Assembly: GCA_054600435.1 (NCBI GenBank)
Contig: BAAIJX010000055.1
Span: 62,001-126,000 of the forward strand
Length of the DNA stretch: 64,000 nt
Direction of reading: 5' to 3'
Source of the DNA: Neophaeotheca triangularis
Lineage: Eukaryota
Each line of letters begins with the position of its first letter. Positions within the stretch are counted from its first letter, which is position 1. A program made the position numbers and the translations under genes. This document shows positions 23,889-34,207 of the stretch, one piece after another. Below the pieces are notes generated by a model that saw nothing but the letters and a program-made list of their open reading frames with translations, had not been told where the DNA came from and ran no database searches.

Positions 23889-24957
23889 ATGGCGGCTTGC
23901 GACGACAGAGGTACAATCCTTGCACTAGGAGTGCCAGTAACATTGTTAGCTTGCACCAACTTCAGGCGGCCCTGCAGTGGTCCTCACGTGAGCCAACACT
24001 TCCAATGCCGCAACTGTGCTGACCTGACGTTCGAACATCTGCATGGTGGCATTGGACCCGGAGTCACTGGCGACCGCTTGTGGCAATTTGGAAGGCCTAA
24101 CGCTGGCGTGAATCCCCCTGCGAGCGTCAACCCTCCTGCGTTATGGATACGGAACGCGACGAATCCAATAGCACCAGGGTCGGGCACGAACGCACCACCA
24201 ACGAATGGCAAAATAACAGCTCCGCCGTATTCAAATCCGCCATGGGAAGGGTAAGGCTATAGTCCCATTCAAGTCGTAGATATCATTGACTAACCTCGGA
24301 AGGGCCTTGACTCGCGTGTGCAATAGCTGCGAGCGAATGATCCAGAGCGAAGTGAACCTCCGTCTACCGACACCACCAGCTGTTCCCGGCGGCCCCGCAA
24401 CACGTCCTGTCATTCCTCGACCGCGGGGCCACAACCAGTGGGAGGAGTACCCTAGGGCATCTTGCACATGTCGGTGGAACCAAAAAAGACACCCTAACAA
24501 CAACCCAGTTTTTACACACTGTTTCGGCCACCAGGTCCAACTGGACAACTACATTCGCGTCAAAAAGACCGCCAACGACAATTGGTTGAGAACCATCGCC
24601 TGGACTGGAACGAGACTGGCACCGGCAGCCAGCTTTCTGCAGACCAATCGCGTAAAGCAGGGAACCTACAGGGCATGCCCTTGTGGTAAGAGCGTCACCC
24701 CCGAAGCGAAACTGCCACAGCAGGTGGGCGGTAACGGTTACGAGGCTTATGTTTGTATGGTTTGTTGCGGCTACGTTAGCGTTGTGGATCCACGGGGTCC
24801 AAGTACTCGGTGGCAAACTCTTCCCGGCGCAAGAGGGAGACATAGACGTGGGTTAATCCCCGCGCCGCTGTGGAAACGTCACGGTGAGGGGAAGAGGCAA
24901 AGACTGCATCGCATGCAGCGGGAATTTGATACCCAAGAACCGTGGAGCAAGACCTGA
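23889..24957 (+). CDS. Uncharacterised Cys/His-rich (putative Zn-binding) protein, family B copy 2; intron 24251-24302
   Basis: MAACDDRG start; phase-2 intron GTAAGG..CTAAC..AAG at the same Gly codon as in copy 1; LTRVCNSCE, SCTCRW, NDNWL, RACPCG, EAYVCMVCCG. Confidence 0.8.
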
Positions 24958-25642
24958 CCCTCTCGAAAAGCCGAGCGGTGGAGTGTCGAAAGGGATATCT
25001 AAAAAGGGGTCTAGAAGCAATCTTGTATTCTTGTTGGTCATATCGCGCCCATCATACCAATCTTACACTTCCTGATGCAAACCATCGTGTCTAACCTGTC
25101 CAACGGCGAACGCCGGCAGTCACCTCATAGTCTTACGGGACTTGCCCCTGCATGACTTTCCTCGCGGGTCCGAAGCACGCCTGTTCACTACGACGTTTTT
25201 GCCGGATGGTAACATGTGCTCGTGTAGGTCTTCACGTCTCGAGACAGAGCTGTCCGGGATCCCTGTAATCATTCCGCCATTCAACCCAGCCGGGCGTCGA
25301 CTTACATGGTGGCGTGACCGCTATTTCGTTGATACCTGGTTGCAATCCAACTCCGAAGCCATACTAAAAGCGATCGCCTGCCAGGGGAAATAAAATCCTC
25401 CGCCACGAACGAGCGCCTAGAGCCTTCAGAGCCCGCCCCCTTGACGGAACAGCATCCTCCTCGCACTGAACCTCACCTTCTCCCCTATCAGCCTATGAAT
25501 ACAACTACTCACCATTTCTCCCAGCATCTCCGCCAACAATGTCGCACTGGTACGTTCCGCGGCCCATTCTCTCCTAGTGAGTACTCACACTGACCCAAAG
25601 CAGACACCCAACAACCTACCCTACCGAGTCCACCAAAGTGCG

Positions 25643-26257
25643 CAGGGTGGTCAACGATCAATCGATCAGCGATCAGTGGTATTGCTCGGATCGCTCGTCT
25701 TGGCGGAGGTAATTGATCAAATCGATCGTCGGTGAGGGTGCTGCTCGATCGGATCGATCGTTTGATCGTGACCTTGCTGCTGTTACCGCATTAGGAAGGA
25801 GGTGCTAAGTATACCACCACTGACTTAGATTGCCAAACCACAAAATCCTCTAGAGTAGTAGTAAGAGAGGACTTAGTATTAATATTAGAGGCTATAATGT
25901 GTATTAGTAGTGTTATTAATTAATAAGCAATAGTTATGCGATTTATAAAGCATATAGAGGGAGCGGAAGTGCAGTACGGAGGTTGCGGGAGACTTCCTAA
26001 TTAGGACACACGGGACTAGCCGGACCCATTAGAGAGAGGCGTTGCTAACTAAACTCTAACCCTATAGTACAGGAACTACTACTGAATACACCTCCTGCTA
26101 CCTCTATACTACCCTACCTTTTGATCAATCCGATTAAGCAATCGATCATCTAGTTACTGCTCGGATCGCTCGTCTTGGCGGTAGTCGACTGCTCGGATCG
26201 ATCATGGGGGCCGATCAAGACGATCGATCGAGCAAAAATCGTTCGTTGACCACCCTG
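25643..26257. mobile_element. Non-autonomous DNA transposon (MITE-like), hAT-type, 615 bp
   Basis: Perfect 15-bp TIRs CAGGGTGGTCAACGA / TCGTTGACCACCCTG; 8-bp TSD AAAGTGCG at 25635-25642 and 26258-26265; GATCGATC-rich subterminal regions; TA-rich interior with no ORF. Confidence 0.93.
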
Positions 26258-26399
26258 AAAGTGCGTGTGTTCGAGTCACGCACTATAAAGCAAGAGCTAG
26301 GAAATCGGATAACCAAAAAGACAAACTAGCCTGTATACTAAAGGTTTCGGACTTACTGATTAAATGGTTTTCTTCTCTGGGAGTTTCTTTTTGCCCTAC

Positions 26400-27931
26400 G
26401 CTCGTCCATGATTCTTCTAATTGTCATTTGAGTGAAGCCGGCCACCGTAGAAGGCTACTGGACAGGCCCACGACAGCACTGGCAATCTAAAAAGCAGTGG
26501 GCAGGGTGGATGGAAGAAAGAGGCGCAGTTTCCAGGACGGTAGATTCTGCCTCTGAGTACATATATCCTAGCAACGGGCCCCGGATGTATCCAGTAGACT
26601 CAGCCCATCTTGGCTTGCAGTACTTCCAACCAGACGCTTGCTCGTCTCCAAGCTCCTGAAACAGCTCCCGGCGCCGAAAATCATGGTACTCATTTGCCCA
26701 GCTTGTCAAGCCGCGCAACGGACAAAAGCTGGGATGGCAAGCCCCGTGACTGTGGTTGATAGGCATGAAACATGAAAACTCGCCGAGAGCGCTACATACG
26801 TTGCCTGTTGTACAGAAGGCCAGCGTCCCTAAGCGACTTGCAAAACACTTTACCTCCAACTTCTATACAACGGAGCTTCCGATCAACCCGACGTCCCGCC
26901 TAAGCCAAGTATTGACGCCGCCGTTTCTGGTCTTTCACGCATGCCGTATCGAAGGTGCGGCCGATATGCAGACCCAACGCTCTGGCCTCTCCGATTGCTG
27001 TCGAATGACAACATGTAGAGTGCAAGGGCCTGCATACAGGTTTCGTCAAACCTACATGCATCCAAGCCCTTTCCGAAACGTTCACCTTGCGACTCACTCG
27101 TCTCAACTCCGACATGGACGGTAGCCACAGCCTAGCCCCCAGGAAGGTTGGACCGGTGGCATCTCGTTTCTGATGCCCAAGTCAAGGGTAGTATCCCTCT
27201 TCTCCTCAGACGCCTTTTGCCGAGAGAGGCAGGATGTGGGCAAGGCTACTACAACATCCCCGCTGCCTTCGTTTCCCAAGTGCATCCCAGATGCCTCTCC
27301 CACATCCTCAATTCGTCCTTGATCTGGGTAAACCAGCCAGAGGCGATATTTCGAAAATCTGCTAAAAGACCCCGACGAGGGAACCGGCTGGATCTTGTCA
27401 CATATGTACTCCATACCGTGAGCAGAACAGAATTCATCCCAGAGGTCCAGATAGATTTCCACAGCAGGCTTTAGAACCGGCTGAAAGCAAAAGAGCACCT
27501 CAAGCTCGATCTCGCGTTGAGGCTTACGGCCTCAAAAGTCCATCAAGTTTACATCCTTGCGACCCAGGAAGTGGATGAGTGGGTCGAGGTTTAGTCCGTG
27601 CGATTTTGAAGGCGATTTTGTGCGCGTGGCGTATGACGAGGTCCTCGAAGTCTTTAAAGGTTTTGGTATTGCATTTTTGGAACGGATGGAGGGTGGTAAA
27701 GATGCTCTGGCCTTCGCTTTCTGGTAGCTTTGATTTGACCGTAGGGACGTGGGTGGAGGATGAAACGATGTGGAGGTAGAATCGGTCGTCCCTGAGCACT
27801 TTGGGCCGACGTTCGAAGGTTGGTTTGGTTGGTGGGCTGGCCATTGGTAGTCGTGTCTGGGTCCAAATCTGCGAGGACACGAGGCATCGCATGGTAGATA
27901 AAGATGCGGGAGTAAGACATGGTACAGCCAC
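26400..27931 (-). pseudogene. Probable decayed gene of unknown type
   Basis: Three successive minus-strand ORF fragments of about 130 aa; an intron-like GTAAGC..TTTCAG near 27527-27481 does not restore the frame. Confidence 0.3.
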
Positions 27932-28146
27932 CGAGCCCGGTGTCTCGCTAGGATCGGTGTTTCACTGAAAGGGCCTGTTTCAAAAGAGACGCAGATAAAG
28001 TCTGGGATTGAAGTTTCGTCTGACCAGTCGCTGCTCTCAGAGCGCCATCCTGACTTGACGGAACCATCACGACCGCATGTCTCTGGCGAAGAATACTCTC
28101 AGCACAATCATACAGCTATTGCACCATCTACAACCAGACATGGTGC

Positions 28147-28698
28147 CTACATCCAACTAAGTTTCGGCCCTTCTCCACCCTCTTGACCCTCCTCTTTCTC
28201 CCAAGGCTTCCTCCTCTTCTGCTTTTGCGGTTCACTCGCCTGCCCTTCCAGAATGGTATCAGGTATATCCTTGATGCCGGGGATAGGCTTGCCCTCAGCA
28301 ATCATATCACAAATATCCGCAAAGCTCGCAGGCTTTGGGGCGTCAGCCATGCCCCCTGCAACGCCGACATTGCTTTCTTGAGCGCCTGCAGCAGCCTCAC
28401 TGGAAGCGGGAGCTGCTGCGGGGAATGCATTGTTTGTGTGTGTACCGTTCGTGCTGCGTTCCCCTCGTCCGATTTCAACCCATTGTTTGTAGCCGTCAAA
28501 GTCTACTGGTGTCCCTGTCCTTCGAGCATAATAGTAGCACTTTGCTCGAAGAGTGAGATGTTCGACTTGTGCTTGGTCTTGAAGTGGTCCGATGATAGCA
28601 CCTAACCCGCCTTGAAATTCTGGGTCATTTTCCCAATCGTAGCTGTCTAGCTGGTTGTATAGATATGTGTTATCGAAGGAGTCGTTGAGGGAAGTCAT
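28147..28698 (-). CDS. DUF5572-family / Pex39-like protein
   Basis: YDWENDPEFQGGL, LRAKCYYY, SFADICDMIAEGKPIPGIKDIP and C-terminal KPWE motif; ATG at 28698 (MTSLNDSF). Confidence 0.75.
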   Translation of the reverse strand: MTSLNDSFDNTYLYNQLDSYDWENDPEFQGGLGAIIGPLQDQAQVEHLTLRAKCYYYARRTGTPVDFDGYKQWVEIGRGERSTNGTHTNNAFPAAAPASSEAAAGAQESNVGVAGGMADAPKPASFADICDMIAEGKPIPGIKDIPDTILEGQASEPQKQKRRKPWEKEEGQEGGEGPKLSWM

Positions 28699-28942
28699 CT
28701 TAGCAGAAACGAGAGACCTGAATCCTCTCGTGGTAAGCCTCACTGTGCTGACCAGAGGTGCAAGAGTGGAGTAGAGACGAAGTGAAGTTAGGAATGAGTC
28801 ACGTGTCCCGCGACTTCCGCCGAAGCTTTGCCGAACCTGAGCTTCACGCGAATGGGGAGAGCTACCGCGCAAACTCAAGAAACAACACATATACCTCCAG
28901 ACCACCTCCCCTTCCTCCACGCCGCCCACTAAAACCGCCACC

Positions 28943-31107
28943 ATGTCGGAGTTCATAGGGTACGTCGTATTATGTGGCCGGTGATGAGGTGATTACATTT
29001 ACTAACCCCTCCCAGCGCCCGAATCTCCCTCATCTCCAAATCCGACATCAAGTACATTGGCACATTACACGAGATCAACAGCGAGAACTCCACCGTCGCC
29101 CTCGAGAATGTCTCCAGCTATGGTACCGAAGGCCGCAAAGGCGACCCATCGCTTGAAATGCCCGGCTCTGACCAAGTCTACGAATACATTGTTTTCCGCG
29201 GTAGCGACGTGAAGGAGTTGACTATCGTTGAGCCGCCAAAGGAGAACAAGCCGCCGCCCAGCATGCCCGATGACCCTGCTATTCTTGGAGTGAGTCGGTT
29301 TTCTCTCTTTTTGGTGTTTGGTGATGCTTGAAGTGATGAAGAAGATTTGGATACAAAACACATCAGTACTGCCGAGAGCGCAAAAACCGTGTGGAAACTT
29401 TCCATGTTGCCTTCCTTCTGATCGAGTGGAGAGAGAGACGTGCACTGTTAACGAGAAGCTTCGGTAGATTAGCATGCTGACGTACATTCGTAGAGCGCTC
29501 GCCCGCAACCTCCTCCCCAGCAGCAGCAGCCTCCTCCGATGCAACAGCAGCAGCAGTTCCGTGGACCACCCCAGCAGCCTCCTCCCGGGCCTTATGGGTA
29601 CCCTCCTCAAATGCCCCCGAATCAATTCCAACAGCAGCCTCGCTTCCAGGGTAATGCAGGCCAACACGGCTTCCCCGGAAGCCCAGGCGCAGTCCAAGGC
29701 TACGGCCCAATGGGCGGCTACGGCCCTCCCCCACCAGGTTATGGTATGCAGTTCGGCGGTCCTCCTGGTCACGGTTTTCCGGGTGGTCCACCACCGCCAG
29801 GAACGTTCTCGCCTCAGCAGCAAATGCCAAGAGGTCCCCCGTCAGCGCAGCCTATGAACCAGTCAAGGCAGCAGCAGCAGCCGTCTCAGCCCCCTATCGG
29901 CAGCAAGCAAGGCACACCTCAGCCGGCTCCCGGTCTAGGCCCACAACCGCCTCCGTCTCAGCCAGAGCAAAAGCCTGTCGAAATGTCTGCTGGGACCCCA
30001 GCACCTCCTCACGTGGCCCAGCAACAAAATCAAGGACCACCGCCCCCTGTGGCGTCCAAACCAGCCGCTACTACCGAAGCTCCCAGCGCACCTACAGAGT
30101 CTAAGCCTCAACAACAACAAGCCACCAAGCCTACTCGCGCAGCTAACAACCGCGTCGCTGTTCCCAACTTGCCGGCGAACAAGCCCCAGCCCAAGGCAGC
30201 CGCTCAAGCAGCTCCCCAGGCAGCAGCTCAAGCATCGACCCCGCATCAAGCTCCTGCTCCTGCTCCAGTTCCAGCTGCCCCTGCTCAACAGCCTCAAGCA
30301 ACACCTGGCTCCTACGCCGATGCCACACACGCAGCCACCGCAGCTGTCGCCGCCGCCATGGCAAAACTTGGCCCCGGCAACGCTAGCAAGCCCCAACAGG
30401 GAGCAGATGGAGGCATGGACAATCTGACCCAACAAGTCAACCAGATGCGGGTAGCCGACGGAGGCCCGCGTGGAGGTCGTGGAGGACGAGGTCGTGGCGC
30501 TCCCCGCGGCGACAGACAAGCAGCCCCCGCCGGCCGCCGCGAAAGCCAATCTGTCTCCGTTCCCAAAGAAGACTACGACTTCGAATCCGCAAACGCGAAG
30601 TTCAGTCTCACGAAACAAGATCTCGTCAAAGAAGCGATAGCCTCAGGTTCCCCAGTGGCCTCTCCTCCAGCCAACGGTACAGGCGTAGACCCCATGGCTT
30701 CCGCGGGCAGCGCTCCGGACGGTCAGGTGACTGAGACCGCAGACGTCGTTATCCCGAGGAAAGAGAGCGAGGGTGCTTACAACAAGAAGAGCAGCTTCTT
30801 CGACAACATCTCTTCTGATTTAAAGGATCGCGCTGAAGCTGCCGAGGCACAGGAGCGGTTCGATGGACGCGCCATGAGGCGTGAGGAGAGGGCGAAGAAT
30901 ATGGATACTTTTGGTCAGGGCAGCGTGGACGGCGGTTTCAGGGGTGGGTACAGGGGAAGAGGCGGCTTCAGGGGTGGACAGCGTGGAAGGGGCGGCTTTA
31001 GGGGTGGCAGAGGCGGACCTGCGGGCTACGATGGCGGTGCTGTGAGGGGTGGTAGTGGTTACAGGGGCAGAGGAAGGGGTGGTGCTGAAGTTGGACCGCT
31101 GGCTTAG
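28943..31107 (+). CDS. SCD6: Lsm14/Scd6/Sum2 mRNA decay and translation repressor; exons 28943-28959, 29016-29289, 29494-31107
   Basis: Lsm14 domain MSEFIGARISLISKSDIKYIG...YEYIVFRGSDVKEL; DFDF box (DYDFESANAKF), FFD box (YNKKSSFFDNIS), TFG box (NMDTFG), RGG tail. Confidence 0.95.
29327..29426 (+). ncRNA. snR52: Intronic box C/D snoRNA, snR52-like (guide for 18S rRNA Am420, yeast numbering)
   Basis: Box C GTGATGA 29333-29339, box D CTGA 29418-29421, terminal stem CTTGA/TCGAG; guide TGTTGCCTTCCTT pairs with conserved 18S AAGGAAGGCAGCA; lies in an unusually long (204-nt) intron. Confidence 0.85.
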
Positions 31108-31621
31108 GCAGCTTGGTTGCGTCCCGAGGATGAAACTATCGGGCTCTGAAGTTTCTTGAGAGCGGGTTGCACTGCGATTTGACGATGGAAGCGTGGGAGA
31201 ACTCCGGAGATCAGGGTGAGAAGCAGATATGTAGCATAGAACAGCGAGTATTATTCGACGAGCATGATGCCAATGGCTTGATGCTTTAACAAGCCCCGTA
31301 ACCCGCAAGCTCTTACTACCATCACCGTCTTTTTCGCTTGGAATAGCGAAGCATACAGCGAGCCTTAGTTCTTTAGCTTGAATGCTTCGAAAGAGACGGA
31401 AAAGTGTGAAGCATCATTCACACTCACCAACTACGCTCTGAAACTGGTTCAATAGCATCGCGTGCCTCCTAGTCACCGCCAAGCTCGCTCTCCGTTGTAT
31501 AAAAAAAGCATCGCGGCAACCCACTATCCCTTTCTCAGCTTCGCCCGTCCCACGCAACCTCCTCTGCTCTCACGTTCGCACGCACAATCCGTTCTCCCAT
31601 AAACCGCAAAACCCCACGAAC

Positions 31622-34207
31622 TCACTGCCCCGGACTTCCCATCCCCCTTCTCGGGGAAGCAAAATTCCCTAACAGTGGCAAGGTCCCCCTTCCACCAACA
31701 CCATCGCCGGCACCAGCCCTAGGAGTGACAGACCCCGAACCCCTTCCCCTTGTAGATCCCGCCGCACCCGATGCACTCAGCGCAAAATTACCGACAGGCG
31801 GCATGCGCAAACCTCCCTCAGCCACATCATCCTCCTCTCCAACCCCGCCGTCTTCCTCCACCTCCATATCCTCAATCCTCCAATCACCAACCACTCCCTT
31901 AATCTTGTCGAAGATACGCTCCTTCTCTTTCCCCAACATGCCGCCAACGTCCTTCTTGTCGCTTTCCAGGATACGGCCAAAGCGCTTCTTGGGTTTCCGA
32001 CTCGCATAATCCGTATCCCAAAACCCATGGTCTTTCGCGATGAAAACGGCGCTGTGGGAGTAGTACCAGGCGTCCAGCCCCTCGAAAGTGGAGGAGCGAA
32101 CGCCCTGCAAAGCGACGTCGCCGACGAGAGAGACGGCGAGAGCGATGCGCTCGACGGCGCGCTGCGGGTGGGCTTTGATGAAATTGGCGATGGCGCAGTG
32201 GCCGGTATTTGTTCCTAGAAGGGTTATGCAGGGCGAGGGGGAGAATTCGAGATAGTTTTCCCATAGGTACGTGAGGAGATTTGTGGCGACGGTTGAGCGG
32301 GTTTCGCTGTCTGAGGGGTCGGTGTGTCGGAGGGGGTCGTCGGCGTCGTAGGTGGTGTGGCGGGGGAGGTTGATGTCGATGATTGCGTGGTTTCGGGACG
32401 CTGCCCAGTCGATGTAGGTCTTTATTTCATCGGTCTGTTAGTTGGTTATGTCAGTTTTTATTTTGGGGTAGTCTTTTTGGGGAAAATTGGGAGAGAGGGG
32501 ACTTACCACCCATGTGTTGTGGAGTTCGATCTTGCCGGTGCGTGGATCAGGGGAAGCAAGGGCTTCTGGCGGGTCGTGGAGGATGACGAGGAGAGGGCGG
32601 GCTTGGTCGTAGTCTTGGGTGGCCAGGACTTGGTTCTCGAAAGTCTTGGATAGGCTTTCTCGTTGGATGAACAGGGGTATCATTTCGTATTCTTCGAAGA
32701 GCGTTGTTGCCTGCCAGGTCCTCACTACGCTGTCCATACGCTGGCTGTTGGCGGGCGGAGCCTTTATCAGATCCGATGGGGCCTTTGGGTAGAGGTTCTG
32801 CCAGTAATGGCTGTGCTGGCGTAAAACACCTTTCACGTCGTCGACCGCGGATTTCGCGACCACTACGTCTTCTTCAAGTCGTGGCGGTGGTTCCCCCATC
32901 ATGGTGCGAGCAACTTCCGTCGCCGAGCGAGCAATGGAATCTAAGTTGTAACCCCCTTCGAGACACACCGCCAACCTCCCCTCTGCCAAAGACATGAGCA
33001 TATGTGTCATGTGAGCGTAGCCTGCAGGTGTTACATTGTAACCGCCCAAGACATCGCCAGCAGCTGCATCAAAGCCTGCAGCAACAATGACGAGATCAGG
33101 ATCAAACTCCGTTGCAATTGGCATAACCACTTGCTGAAAGGCGTAAATGTACTCGGCATCCCCCATGTTCTCTTTCGCGGAGAAGGGAATGTTGACATTC
33201 TTACCCTTCCCAGTGCCCTCACCGATACGCCAATTCGCCCCATACGGAGCTTTGTTTCTCTCGTCCCTGTATGAATTTTCAGGATAGTATTGACCGTTCT
33301 GATGCCGATGAAGAGAGATGTAAAGCACGTTGGGATCATCGTAGTGCGCTTGCTGAATGCCATTCCCGTGGTGAACATCCCAGTCGAGGATCAAGACCTT
33401 GCGACACCTGTCTCCAAATTCCCGCTGGCAGACTTTGGTAGCAATACTGACATTGTCGAAGAAACAGAAACCCTTTGCATCCTCACGCTCAGCATGATGG
33501 CCGGGAGGACGGATTACGGCGAAAGTATTCTTAACTTTCCCCAACATGATTGCTCGACAGGCTTCAATGGCTCCTCCAGCAGAAAGCATCGCGCAGAAAG
33601 GAGTATTGGGTGAAAGATAGATGGAATCCATCGCCTTAGGAACGATCTCCATCTCGTCCGCCGACATTTCTGCGATGCTCTGCACCCAGTCCCAGTGAGC
33701 GGGCGTGTGCACCAGACAAACCTCATCGCGGGTCACCCGCCGCGTATCGATGCGCCCCATATAGTAGTCGAGTGAAGGGGGGTTTGACGAGGAGAGCTCA
33801 CTCCACGCCAGGCCGGCGCCGACAAAGGCTTGAAAGATGGCATGGATACGTCGCGGATCTTCAGGGTGGATCTCATCGTCCGGCATCCCTTCAACGTGGA
33901 AGCGCATTCGCACGTCGTAGACGAGCCCCGTTTGCCCAGTGGAGTAGGGAAGAGCATCATACTTTGGCGGGCGAGGCACATCCTTGCGGTCCGTCAGGTC
34001 GTGAGTGAAGTCTTCTCGGGAACGTTTGAGTCCAGCGCCCTTCAAGGGGGCGGGAGTGGAGGCTTTGGAAAGCGAGCCATTGGCTTGGATATCGTGATTT
34101 GCTGTAATCTCAGGTTTTGGCTCTCCAGCCGGCGCTACGGAGATATCCTCGGTAGTAACGAGAACGTCGTCGTCGAGCATGGGGATGTCGCCCCCATTGA
34201 AGTCCAT
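31622..34207 (-). CDS. HDA1: Class II histone deacetylase (Hda1/Clr3) with C-terminal Arb2-like domain; intron 32506-32435
   Basis: HPEDPRRI, RPPGHHA, GFCFFDNV, DWDVHHGNG, AGFDAAAGD, LEGGY; splicing GTAAGT..CAG joins to TDEIKTYIDWA... and runs open to 31622. Confidence 0.95.

Noticed and set aside
25655..25780. GATCGATC repeats as a CRISPR-like array
   Set aside because: Eukaryotic context, irregular spacing and no spacer structure; explained as transposon subterminal repeats
25600..26290. tRNA gene interrupted by the transposon
   Set aside because: A T-arm-like hairpin is present, but no A-box, D-arm, anticodon arm or acceptor stem appears after removing the element
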